32,000 nucleotides of DNA from Candidatus Pacearchaeota archaeon (GTDB lineage Archaea; Nanobdellota; Nanobdellia; Pacearchaeales; UBA284), in assembly GCA_026016245.1 (NCBI GenBank), contig CP061211.1:330001-362000 (forward strand). Reading direction: 5' to 3'. The position numbers and the translations under genes are program-made. The notes under the pieces were generated by a model. That model was not told where the DNA came from and searched no databases. It worked only from the letters and a program-made list of their open reading frames with translations. Shown here piece after piece: positions 8,582 to 17,261 of this stretch (its first letter is position 1; each line of letters starts with the position of its first letter).

Positions 8582-9550
8582 TTACTGACAACACGCATTT
8601 CTATATTTTAGATATTTTTTTATACCTTTTTGTCTAATAAAATGAGATAATTCTTCTGATTTTTTTACTAAAGGATCTTGCATTTTAATCAAAAAAATAG
8701 CCACAAGAAGTTCGTCTTCGAAAATTTTTATATCATCTTTCTTAGATCTTCCTTCAGTATAATCTTCTAATTCTTTAATTGACCATAGTATTGATTCATA
8801 CTGTTCATCGAGAGGAATATTCTCTACTTTCCGTTCTTCATATTTTGCTAATTGATTTTTGTTTGATTCAACCTGTTTTTCACAGTATTCTAAAGATCCC
8901 ATCAATAAATCTTTATAATTTTCCTTACTGCTAAGGACTTTTAGGTTAGATCTTGAAACCGGAAATGGATGCTTTCGACATTTGTTTAAATCTTCAATTT
9001 CTTTATCTCCATATTTGCCAAATTTATCTCCTAACATAGAAATATATTTTTGCAATTTGGGAGATAATTTTTCTTTAACTCTTTTGTGTTGGAGCCATTT
9101 TAAAGTTATTGCAACTTTTGAATATTTTTCTATTCTATCTGGAGTCGGCTTTAAGAATTTACAAGAATATTCATGTATAGAATCCATAGTCTGTTCGTTT
9201 ATAGTTAATTTTCCTTTAATATTATCTTTAAGAAAAGAATATATTTTTTCAACTTTCTTTTTTATATCTTCTTTTGGCATAAAAGGATAATACTCCTTAA
9301 TTACATCACCAATCACTACTTCATTAAGATTATAAAACCCTTGTTCGAATTCTATTGAGCTCATGATACAAGGACACCAATTAATTAATGCTTCTAAGTC
9401 ACGTTGAAGAGTATATCTCGGACCTATTTCTAATATATCTTGAGGCAATTCACTAATTATAGCTGGGGGTTTTATTTTATTTTCAGCATAAACCACTATA
9501 TCATAAAAATTATTGAGATGTTCTATTCCTTTAACCATAAAAAAGAACAT
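8582..9550 (-). CDS. Hypothetical protein upstream of lig-nfo on the same strand
   Basis: 322-aa ORF with no motif recognised. A TATA-like CTTATAAATC at 9560..9569 sits only about 10 nt from ATG 9550 but 23-32 nt from the internal ATG 9538 (MVKGIEHL). The shorter start may therefore be the real, leaderless one. Confidence 0.55.
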   Translation of the reverse strand: MFFFMVKGIEHLNNFYDIVVYAENKIKPPAIISELPQDILEIGPRYTLQRDLEALINWCPCIMSSIEFEQGFYNLNEVVIGDVIKEYYPFMPKEDIKKKVEKIYSFLKDNIKGKLTINEQTMDSIHEYSCKFLKPTPDRIEKYSKVAITLKWLQHKRVKEKLSPKLQKYISMLGDKFGKYGDKEIEDLNKCRKHPFPVSRSNLKVLSSKENYKDLLMGSLEYCEKQVESNKNQLAKYEERKVENIPLDEQYESILWSIKELEDYTEGRSKKDDIKIFEDELLVAIFLIKMQDPLVKKSEELSHFIRQKGIKKYLKYRNACCQ

Positions 9551-9669
9551 AATTTAAAGATTTATAAGTTTTTTCATTGTAACTATTTTAAAGTAATGTA
9601 AAAAATCTTGGAAATATTATGTAAAAAAACCACAATAAAATTTTTATATTCATTATTGCTTGAATTTCT

Positions 9670-10224
9670 ATGGATTTTAAAAAAGTATTGAAAGAGAGGC
9701 GAAGTATTAGGAGATATTCCTCAAAAAAAGTTTCTGTTTCTGATCTTACTGCTGTATGTGAGGCTGCAAGATTTATTCCTGTGGCTGGAAATATTTACAC
9801 TGTAAGATTAGTTATTGTTAGTGATGAGAAGAAAAAAGAACAGCTTGCTGAGGCTGCTCTAAGTCAGGATTTTATTGCTAAAGCACCTTTTGTGATTGTT
9901 GTATGCTCTGATTTAAAACAGCTTAGAAGAAGTTATGGAACAAGAGCTGAGATTTATGGAAAACAACAAGCAGGAGCAGCTATAGAGAATATGTTATTGA
10001 AAGTTACGGAGCTTGGCCTTGCTTCATGCTGGGTTGGCGCTACTGATGATAATGCTGTTAAAAGAGTTCTGAAAATACCAGAGGATATACAAATTGAAGC
10101 ATTACTGCCATTAGCAAATCCTCTTGGCAAGGAAGAGGCTAAGAAAAAACCTGATTTATCCTTTATAACTTATTTTGAGAAGTGGGGGCAGAGAACTGCT
10201 AAACCTGCTAAAAAACCTTACTAA
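9670..10224 (+). CDS. Nitroreductase-family (FMN) protein
   Basis: 184 aa. The N-terminal RRSIRRYSSKKVS signature together with PFVIVVCSD and ASCWVGA blocks is typical of the nitroreductase fold. Confidence 0.8.
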   Translation: MDFKKVLKERRSIRRYSSKKVSVSDLTAVCEAARFIPVAGNIYTVRLVIVSDEKKKEQLAEAALSQDFIAKAPFVIVVCSDLKQLRRSYGTRAEIYGKQQAGAAIENMLLKVTELGLASCWVGATDDNAVKRVLKIPEDIQIEALLPLANPLGKEEAKKKPDLSFITYFEKWGQRTAKPAKKPY

Positions 10225-10228
10225 TAAA

Positions 10229-10822
10229 ATGGTTCAGACAAAAGATGATTTATTTCAAGGATTAAGGAATTATAGTACAGATGAGCGCAAAGTAGAATTT
10301 ATTGAGGCTGCTATCAGAAAAGGAATGCCGACTGAAGTTAAAATAACTGCTTTAGCTATAAGAGCAGAGATCTATAAGAATAAAAAATGGTTTAATACTG
10401 CTGCAAAAGATTATTGTTCTGCTGCTGATCTTGCCCCAACTTTCAGGGAGAAGATTGATTTATATTTTAAGGCAGCAAATCTATTCTTGGTGGCAGGGGA
10501 CTATTTTGGTGCAGATGATAATTTTAGGAAGGTTCTTGTTCTAGCGTCGCAGGAACAAAAAATTGCATTGCAAAAAAAGATTCATATTTTGTATATAGAA
10601 CATGCACAAAAATATGAACAAGATAGAAAGTATAGCAAAGCGATAAAGGCTTTTTCTAGAATTTTGTCTATGAAAATTTCTTTTGATAAGAAGCTTGAAA
10701 TTTATGATAAACTCTCTGCTATGTATGAAAAGATAGGCAGGCCAAGAGAAGCTGCACATATGCAGGAGCACAAGGAGAATTTGATTGAACATAAAAAAGA
10801 AAAAGGGTTAATAAAAGTGTAG
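10229..10822 (+). CDS. Hypothetical helical-repeat (TPR-like) protein
   Basis: The track ORF starts at 10175, inside the nitroreductase gene. The ATG at 10229 (MVQTKDDLF), 2 nt after the upstream stop, is the likelier start. Helical repeats such as AAKDYCSAADLAP...AANLFLVAGDYFGA look TPR-like. Confidence 0.55.
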   Translation: MVQTKDDLFQGLRNYSTDERKVEFIEAAIRKGMPTEVKITALAIRAEIYKNKKWFNTAAKDYCSAADLAPTFREKIDLYFKAANLFLVAGDYFGADDNFRKVLVLASQEQKIALQKKIHILYIEHAQKYEQDRKYSKAIKAFSRILSMKISFDKKLEIYDKLSAMYEKIGRPREAAHMQEHKENLIEHKKEKGLIKV

Positions 10823-10842
10823 ATAAAGCAATTCTGTGAAAT

Positions 10843-11874
10843 ATGGGTAAAGAAATTTTTAATAAAATATTAGATCTTGTTCAAGAGTTTAAACAGATTA
10901 GTGATAAACAATTTAATAAATTAGCATTAGAAGTTTTTTCTTATCAGTATAAAACTAACAAATCTTATAAAAAATATTGTGACCGTCTGAAAAAAGACCC
11001 TAGTAAAGTAGATCATTGGTTAGATGTTCCTTTCATCCTTACTAGATTTTTTAAAGATGTACAAATTACTAATCTTAAAGATAAAGAAGTTTATGAGGTT
11101 GGTAGAACTGGTGGGACGGGCCTTCCTGGAAAGGTAGGACATATATTCAGAGATAAAAAAACAGTAGGATTAATGTATACAGCATTCTCAAAAGTTTTGA
11201 GTTATTATACTCCTCTACAAAAAAATAAAGGAAGAAAGTTTTTATTGTTTTATCCACCTGAAAGAGAAGAAGTAGAGGATTTAGGTATAGCAGCAGTCAA
11301 AGGTATTGGAAGAAAAGCTGATGCTAAATTTTTAGATTCTTTTGAAGAGCTCGAAAAGGAAATTAAAAAAGCAAGAAAAAGTCCAGTAGATGTTTTCTTA
11401 GCCTCTCCAATTTTACCTCACTTATTAAGAAAGGCAAAAACTAACAGATGGAAATTTCCAGAAGATACTTTCCTTATAGATCAAGGAAAAAAGAGATCTA
11501 AAGGAATTGGTAAATTAGGAATTTTAAAGCACAATTATGTAAATTTGTATGGTTTAACTGAAGTAAATTCTGAATTTTGTGACAGCGCATATATTAATTG
11601 GTTAGAAAACAATAGAGATCCAGTATATAGGCCTAATTTGCCATGGACAAGAACTATAGCGGTTCATCCAGAAACTTTAGAGAGATTGCAGGAAGGTAAA
11701 AAAGGATTATTAAGACATTATGATTTAACAAATTTAACTCATTGTTTAGCTATTCAGACAGATGATTTGGGTTATGAGATAGAAAAGGGATTTGAAGTTA
11801 TTGGTAAAAAGAAGGGAGCAGAAGCGAAAACATGTTCTTATGTTACCAAAGAATTATTAGGGCTTGAAAAATAA
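10843..11874 (+). CDS. LuxE-like acyl-protein synthetase / adenylate-forming enzyme
   Basis: The N-terminal pattern LALEVFSYQYKTNKSYKKYCDRL...VDHWLDVPFILTRFFKD parallels LuxE (YQYHFHHNEDYRAYC...IPVFPTSMFK). RTGGTG parallels LuxE SSGTSG. The C-terminal VHPETLERLQEGKKGLLRHYDL...IQTDDLG parallels LuxE LDPETLKPV..GEIGLL...VTDDIG. Confidence 0.6.
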   Translation: MGKEIFNKILDLVQEFKQISDKQFNKLALEVFSYQYKTNKSYKKYCDRLKKDPSKVDHWLDVPFILTRFFKDVQITNLKDKEVYEVGRTGGTGLPGKVGHIFRDKKTVGLMYTAFSKVLSYYTPLQKNKGRKFLLFYPPEREEVEDLGIAAVKGIGRKADAKFLDSFEELEKEIKKARKSPVDVFLASPILPHLLRKAKTNRWKFPEDTFLIDQGKKRSKGIGKLGILKHNYVNLYGLTEVNSEFCDSAYINWLENNRDPVYRPNLPWTRTIAVHPETLERLQEGKKGLLRHYDLTNLTHCLAIQTDDLGYEIEKGFEVIGKKKGAEAKTCSYVTKELLGLEK

Positions 11875-11875
11875 A

Positions 11876-12370
11876 ATGATAAATAGAAATTTTAGAAAAA
11901 TAATTAATAGATTTTCGGGATTACATAAATTAAAAGAGATGAAGGACAATGTTAGATTCAAATGTCAAAAATGTGGTTTTTGTTGTCGTGCATTTCCTGT
12001 AGTAGCTACTAAAAAAGAAGCTAAACATAACAAATTGCTTATTGAAAATTCTAAGCCAATTATAAAAAATCTGAGATTACTTTCTAAAAAGAAAAATGAA
12101 TGTGTTTTTTTGAATGAAAAAAATGAGTGTGATATAAATAATTCAAAACCAATCTTATGTCAAACTTATCCTTTTTATTATAATAGTAAAAATAAAAAAT
12201 TCTATTATGATATAAATTGTCCAGGGATAGGAAAAGGAAGAAAAATTAATCTAGAAAAAATAAAAAATTTAACTCTCAAATTTGAAAACCAAATTTCTAA
12301 AAAAGAACTAGAGTTGCGTTATTTGCTAATATTTGAAGAAAAAATAAAAAAAGAAAAAATAAAATTATAA
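11876..12370 (+). CDS. YkgJ/UPF0153-type CxxCxxCC zinc/iron-chelating domain protein
   Basis: Contains FKCQKCGFCCRAFPV (CxxCxxCC), and later CVFL...C...PILCQTYPF and NCPGIG. The track start at 11864 is TTG. The ATG at 11876 lies 1 nt after the upstream stop. Confidence 0.65.
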   Translation: MINRNFRKIINRFSGLHKLKEMKDNVRFKCQKCGFCCRAFPVVATKKEAKHNKLLIENSKPIIKNLRLLSKKKNECVFLNEKNECDINNSKPILCQTYPFYYNSKNKKFYYDINCPGIGKGRKINLEKIKNLTLKFENQISKKELELRYLLIFEEKIKKEKIKL

Positions 12371-12382
12371 ATTTTTCTAGAT

Positions 12383-12520
12383 TTATTTAGCAATTGCAGC
12401 CCAGATTCCGAAGATGATTGCTAGCAAACCACCAATCCATAGGAAATATGGATCAAGTACCCATTGATTAAGAATAGCGACCAATCCACCAAGAGCAGCA
12501 ACCCAACCAGTCCATCCCAT
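12383..12520 (-). CDS. Small (45 aa) two-helix membrane protein, not in the ORF track
   Basis: Hand translation gives MGWTGWVAALGGLVAILNQWVLDPYFLWIGGLLAIIFGIWAAIAK*. A strong Shine-Dalgarno GGGAGGT lies 6-12 nt upstream of the ATG (plus strand aacctccc at 12527..12534). It is hydrophobic throughout. Confidence 0.6.
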   Translation of the reverse strand: MGWTGWVAALGGLVAILNQWVLDPYFLWIGGLLAIIFGIWAAIAK

Positions 12521-12644
12521 TTTTTTAACCTCCCATTTAATTATTTATTTACTTAATATCTTATAATATCATAGAATCCTTTATTTTTAAATTTTTTCAA
12601 AAAAGAAATAAAGAGAAAAATGAGATATAAATAATATATACTTT

Positions 12645-12689
12645 AAAACAAAAAAGAAAAAGGGGCCAGCTCTCGTTAGAGAGCTAGCC
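12645..12689 (-). terminator. Stem-loop plus T-tract downstream of ftsZ
   Basis: GGC-c-AGCTCTC / GTTA loop / GAGAGCT-a-GCC (12664..12689) forms 10 bp with one mismatch. On the minus strand it is followed by CCCCTTTTTCTTTTTTGTTTT. It lies about 40 nt after the ftsZ stop. Confidence 0.45.
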
Positions 12690-12730
12690 GAGAACCCAAA
12701 AGGCTAAGGGGAACATGAAATAAATTAAGT

Positions 12731-13810
12731 TTAGCTGTGGAAAAATTCCACGCCTAGGTCTGACATTACTGGCACTGGAGCTGTTCCTTGTGATTTTGGT
12801 CTGCCCAATACATATGGGCTTTTGACACCTGTAATGATTGTAATAACTCTAACTCTACCTTTGAAGTCTCTGTTAATTCTTGCTCCTAAAATGACTTGCG
12901 CATCAGCACTCAAGTTTTCTACAACTAACTCGCCGATGTTGTTAAGCTCTTCCAGCTTCAAGTCATCTCCACATATGACATGGATCAAAGCACCTGTGGC
13001 ACCTCTATAATCTATGTCAAGAAGTGGATGAGATAGAGCTTGTTTTACTGCTTCCTCGACTCTGTTCTGTGTGTCACTCTCACCTATACCAATAACAGCC
13101 ACATCTCCGCTCTTCATAATAGAAGATACGTCTGCATAGTCTAGGTTAATCAACGAAGGAATTGTTATTGTTTCAACAATACCCTTAATCATTGTACTTA
13201 TAAGCTCGTTGGCTACGGCAAATGCCTGTTCAACTGGCAGATTTCCAGCAATATCTACTAGCCTGTTATTATCTATTACAATAACAGTGTCTGTAGAATC
13301 TCTTAACTGCTGTAAACCAAATTCTGCCTTGTCTACCCTAGCTCTTTCTGTCTCAAAAGGCATTGTAACTACACCTATTGTAACAGCACCAATTTCTTTG
13401 GCTAGCTGTGCTACGATAGGAGCTGCGCCTGTTCCAGTACCGCCACCCATTCCAGCAACAAGAAAACACATGTCTGCTCCACTTATTGCTTTCTTTAGCT
13501 CTACTATAGCCTCTTTAGCTGCTTCTCTTCCTTTTTCAGGATATCCACCACAGCCTAGGCCTCTTGTGAGCTCTTTACCAATGAGTATTTTTTCATCAGC
13601 TTTACTCACAGAAAGATGTAAAGCATCGGTATTGGAGGCATAAACACTTGCTCCTTGGATGCCCTTATTAAAGAGCCATGTTATAGCATTGCAACCAGCA
13701 CCACCTACTCCAATAACCTTAATAGTGGCTTTTCCTGCCCTAAGCTCATCAAAGTTAATGCCATACCTGTCTGCTCCCTCTACAGCCTCTTTTGCAAAAT
13801 CTAAAGCCAT
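12731..13810 (-). CDS. ftsZ: Cell division GTPase FtsZ
   Basis: Contains the tubulin signature GGGTGTGAAP within VAGMGGGTGTGAAPIVAQLAKE, and the N-terminal IKVIGVGGAGCNA. AGGAGG lies 5 nt upstream of the ATG. Confidence 0.97.
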   Translation of the reverse strand: MALDFAKEAVEGADRYGINFDELRAGKATIKVIGVGGAGCNAITWLFNKGIQGASVYASNTDALHLSVSKADEKILIGKELTRGLGCGGYPEKGREAAKEAIVELKKAISGADMCFLVAGMGGGTGTGAAPIVAQLAKEIGAVTIGVVTMPFETERARVDKAEFGLQQLRDSTDTVIVIDNNRLVDIAGNLPVEQAFAVANELISTMIKGIVETITIPSLINLDYADVSSIMKSGDVAVIGIGESDTQNRVEEAVKQALSHPLLDIDYRGATGALIHVICGDDLKLEELNNIGELVVENLSADAQVILGARINRDFKGRVRVITIITGVKSPYVLGRPKSQGTAPVPVMSDLGVEFFHS

Positions 13811-14132
13811 TTTTCCTCCTTTTTCCTTTTGGTCTTTTAATTCTTAAATTAACAAGCCGCACACATACGAAAAATTTATATATATGCATGACTTATTTTT
13901 AGTTGTAGAAAAAGAGATAAAACTGAATAGAAAGCATTCAGGAAAAAATTATTCGACGACTTTCCCCCGAAAGTCGAATAATTTAAATAAATTTATTTAT
14001 ATTCTTAGAGTTAATTTTATTTAAATACATTATTGCAAGTTAACTATTATTTTATAATATATATCTTATAATTCAACTAACAAATAAATTTTCTGAGGAA
14101 ACCTTTTTATATCTTTACTGATAAAATTGTTC

Positions 14133-15419
14133 ATGAAAAAAGAGGGTAGTAAAGAAGGAAAGAGAGTAAAAATTCTAACAGATAAGCAGGAATTTGAAGG
14201 CATATTAATCAAGTCTTATGATATAAAAATTGTTCTTTTAAAATTATCTTCTGGATATAATATTGGTATTGAAAAAGCTAAGATAAAGAAAATTCAAGTT
14301 TTAGAGAAAAAGAAAAAAGAGGAATTTAAACCAAAACTGATCAAGCCAAAAGCAGGCTTGCCTGGAATAGCTATTATTGTGACAGGAGGAACAATAGCTT
14401 CTCGTCTTGACTATGAAACTGGGGGTGTAAAGGCATTGACAAAGCCTGAAGAGATTATTGCTGTAGCTCCAAAGATTCAAGAAATTGCAAAAATAACAAC
14501 TATAGAAATTCCTTTTACTGTTATGAGTGAAGATATAACAAGTGAGAAATGGAAAAAACTAGCTAAATTGTGTGAGAGATTACTGAACAAAAAAGAGAAC
14601 AAAGGTTTGATTATTTTGCACGGGACAGATACTTTACACTATACAGCTGCTATACTTTCATTCATGCTTCAAGATTTAAACAAGCCAGTAGTTTTGACAT
14701 ATGCGCAGAGAAGTATAGATAGAGGTAGTAGTGATTCTCTTCTTAATTTAACATGCTCAGCTCATGCAGCATTAAGTGATATTGCTGAAGTTATGTTGAT
14801 AGGTCATGCTACAACTAATGATAATTTTTGTTTTGCATTAAGAGGAACAAAAGTTAGGAAAATGCATACTTCAAGAAGAGATACATTTAGGCCTATAAAC
14901 ACAAAACCAATAGCAACAATTCATGAAGATGGAAAGATTGAAAAGTATAGCGAGTATAGGAAAAGAAATGTTGGGAAAGTTAAGGCTAATCTAGTTTTTG
15001 ATGATAGAGTATCCTTAATAAAATTCCATCCTAATAGCTCTTCAAAAATAATTGATTTTTACAGAAAACAAGGTTACAAAGGTTTAGTTATTGAAGCTAC
15101 TGGATTAGGTCATGTTTCCACAGAAGGAAAAAAATCTTGGTTAGAGGCTATTAAAAGGGCTGTAAAATCCGGAATGATAGTTTGTTTTGCTCCTCAGTGT
15201 TTGTATGGAAGTCTAAATCCGTTTGTCTATTCAGCTTTAAGAAAACTTTATGATTCTGGTGTCTTGTTTCTAAAAGATATGCTTCCTGAAACAGCATATG
15301 TAAAGTTAGGATTTCTTCTAGGAAAGGAAAGGAATAAAGAAAGGGTGAAAGAATTAATGTTGAAGAATCTTGTTGGGGAATATAATCCTAGATTAACTTT
15401 TGGGGATTTTTTGGTTTGA
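14133..15419 (+). CDS. gatD: Glutamyl-tRNA(Gln) amidotransferase subunit D
   Basis: Asparaginase-type motifs IVTGGTIASR and ILHGTDTLHYTAA follow an about 85-aa GatD-specific N-terminal domain. The track start at 14127 is TTG and the ATG is at 14133. GAAACC-TTTTTATAT lies about 25 nt upstream. Confidence 0.9.
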   Translation: MKKEGSKEGKRVKILTDKQEFEGILIKSYDIKIVLLKLSSGYNIGIEKAKIKKIQVLEKKKKEEFKPKLIKPKAGLPGIAIIVTGGTIASRLDYETGGVKALTKPEEIIAVAPKIQEIAKITTIEIPFTVMSEDITSEKWKKLAKLCERLLNKKENKGLIILHGTDTLHYTAAILSFMLQDLNKPVVLTYAQRSIDRGSSDSLLNLTCSAHAALSDIAEVMLIGHATTNDNFCFALRGTKVRKMHTSRRDTFRPINTKPIATIHEDGKIEKYSEYRKRNVGKVKANLVFDDRVSLIKFHPNSSSKIIDFYRKQGYKGLVIEATGLGHVSTEGKKSWLEAIKRAVKSGMIVCFAPQCLYGSLNPFVYSALRKLYDSGVLFLKDMLPETAYVKLGFLLGKERNKERVKELMLKNLVGEYNPRLTFGDFLV

Positions 15420-15686
15420 AGGTGAATTTGATAATTCTTCACTCCATTTTTTGATATCCCTACCAACTTTTTCTAGTTTTTCGTATAAAACAGGATCATA
15501 TTCTTTTAATAACCTCAAAGCTTGTTCTGTACGGGGGCTAAGGGAATTATACATTCTGATTTTTCTCTCTAATTTTTTCACACCATATTCTTTTATTAAT
15601 TCAGATAAACCATCTACTTTTTCAACTACATCTTTTCCATATTCTACTGCAATATCTCCAGCCATTATTTTATCGAAATAAAACAT
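15393..15686 (-). CDS. Hypothetical small helical protein
   Basis: 97 aa with charged, helical composition (…ELIKEYGVKKLERKIRMYNSLSPRTEQALRLLKEYDPVLYEKLEKVGRDIKKW). TATA-like ATATATAAAGG lies 30-40 nt upstream. The overlapping + ORF 15400..15681 is Ser/Phe-rich antisense noise. The 3' end overlaps gatD by 27 nt. Confidence 0.5.
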   Translation of the reverse strand: MFYFDKIMAGDIAVEYGKDVVEKVDGLSELIKEYGVKKLERKIRMYNSLSPRTEQALRLLKEYDPVLYEKLEKVGRDIKKWSEELSNSPSNQKIPKS

Positions 15687-16015
15687 TTTTTCCCTTACTC
15701 TTAGAGTCCTTTTCCTTTATATATCTTTCTTTTTGTTACTACACAGAAGTTAAAATAGAAAGCTTTAAATATCACTTTTTCTTTGTTATATTAACATCAC
15801 CCCCCAATTATCAATTAAATCAAATATCAAAAAAACAAAATAAATTAATCAAATATCAGAAGAATCACATTTCACAAATCAAGAATAATATATCAATATC
15901 AAGGGTACTGATTAACCTTACTTCATTTTTATTTGAAAAGGGGATTATTGTATCTTAATATATTGAATAGAAATAATAGGTTTGTGTTAAGTATGTGTTC
16001 TTCTAGGAGTAAAAA

Positions 16016-17233
16016 ATGGGAAAAGTTAGTCCACCTTCAATCAAGTATATTATAAATGCTCAATTTTTTGCAGAAGGTGTTATTGAGAAGCCTGATGTTA
16101 TTGGCGCTATTTTTGGCCAGACTGAAGGTTTGTTAGGAGAAGAGCTAGAACTCCGAGAACTCCAAAAGAGAGGGAAAATAGGTAGAATTGACGCAAGTTT
16201 AGATGTAAAGGAATCAAAGACTACTGGGAAGATTGAAATTCCTACTTCTATGGACAAAGCAGAGACTACTATTATTGCTGCTGCTATTGAAACTATTGAT
16301 AGAATAGGGCCTTGTGATGCAAGGTTTGAAATTAATAGTATAGAAGATGTGAGAAGCAGCAAAAGAGAGTATATCATAGAAAGAGCTAAGAAATTGCTTG
16401 AAAAGTTTAATGGCGAAATGCCAGAACTAAAAGAGATAGAAAAAGATATAATTAATCATTCAAGAACTTCTCGTATTAAAGAATATGGAAGAGAGTTGCT
16501 TCCTGCAGGGCCAAATATTGAGAAATCTGATGAAATTATAGTTGTTGAAGGCAGAGCAGATGTTCTTAATCTCTTAAGATATGGAATAAAAAATACAATA
16601 GCTATGAATGGAACAATGATACCAAGAACAATCAAGGATTTGAGTAAGGAAAAGAAAACTATTTTATTTGTCGATGGTGACAGGGGCGGAGTTTTAATAG
16701 CTACAGATGCTGTTAGTAATGCAAATATTTCCTCTATTGCAAGAGCTCCAGATGGCAAGGAGGTAGAAGAATTAACAGAGAAGGAAGTGATTATTTGTCT
16801 AAGAAACAGCATGAGTACAGAGGATTTCCTTGAGAGATATAAGAATGGAGGGAAAAGATACGGAAAAAAGATCACAAGAACAGTAAGGGAAATGAGAGAG
16901 ATGAAAAAAGAAACAAAAAAGGAGCAGATCATTAAAAAAGAGTTAACAGAAGAGGAAAAAGAAACCCTAAAAAATTATCTTGAAGATATTGAGGGAACAA
17001 AAAATGTTCTTCTTGTTGATAATGATTTGAAAATAATAAAGAAAGTCTCTTCAAATGATATAGTAAGAACATTATATATTTTTAGGAGAAGAAACAAGCA
17101 AGTTTTTGCATTAGTTATGGATACTATAGTCACTCCCTCAATAGTTAATATAGCAGAAAAAATCAATTGCCAGTATATTGTGGCGAGAAACTTCGCAACA
17201 ACTTCAGATAAAATTAAATTATTAAGCTTTTAA
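16016..17233 (+). CDS. dnaG: Archaeal DnaG-type primase (TOPRIM)
   Basis: The N-terminus KYIINAQFFAEGVIEKPDVIGAIFGQTEGLLG is characteristic of archaeal DnaG. TOPRIM motifs are IIVVEGRADVLNLLRYG and LFVDGDRGG. AGGAG lies 7 nt upstream of the ATG. Confidence 0.93.
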   Translation: MGKVSPPSIKYIINAQFFAEGVIEKPDVIGAIFGQTEGLLGEELELRELQKRGKIGRIDASLDVKESKTTGKIEIPTSMDKAETTIIAAAIETIDRIGPCDARFEINSIEDVRSSKREYIIERAKKLLEKFNGEMPELKEIEKDIINHSRTSRIKEYGRELLPAGPNIEKSDEIIVVEGRADVLNLLRYGIKNTIAMNGTMIPRTIKDLSKEKKTILFVDGDRGGVLIATDAVSNANISSIARAPDGKEVEELTEKEVIICLRNSMSTEDFLERYKNGGKRYGKKITRTVREMREMKKETKKEQIIKKELTEEEKETLKNYLEDIEGTKNVLLVDNDLKIIKKVSSNDIVRTLYIFRRRNKQVFALVMDTIVTPSIVNIAEKINCQYIVARNFATTSDKIKLLSF

Positions 17234-17261
17234 TTTTTGTTTTTATTTTTTCTTTTTTTAT

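Noticed and set aside
13900-13990. C/D box sRNA in the ftsZ-gatD spacer
   Set aside because: A CTGA (D-box-like) is present at 13923, but I could not find an RUGAUGA C box at the appropriate distance. The extended hairpins are also not typical of C/D sRNAs.
15780-15950. Replication origin next to dnaG
   Set aside because: There are no ORB or mini-ORB-like inverted repeats with G-strings beyond a single CACCCCCC. No orc1/cdc6 gene is adjacent. The ATCA-rich repeats are short and could arise from AT-rich composition. The region is kept only as a low-interest observation.
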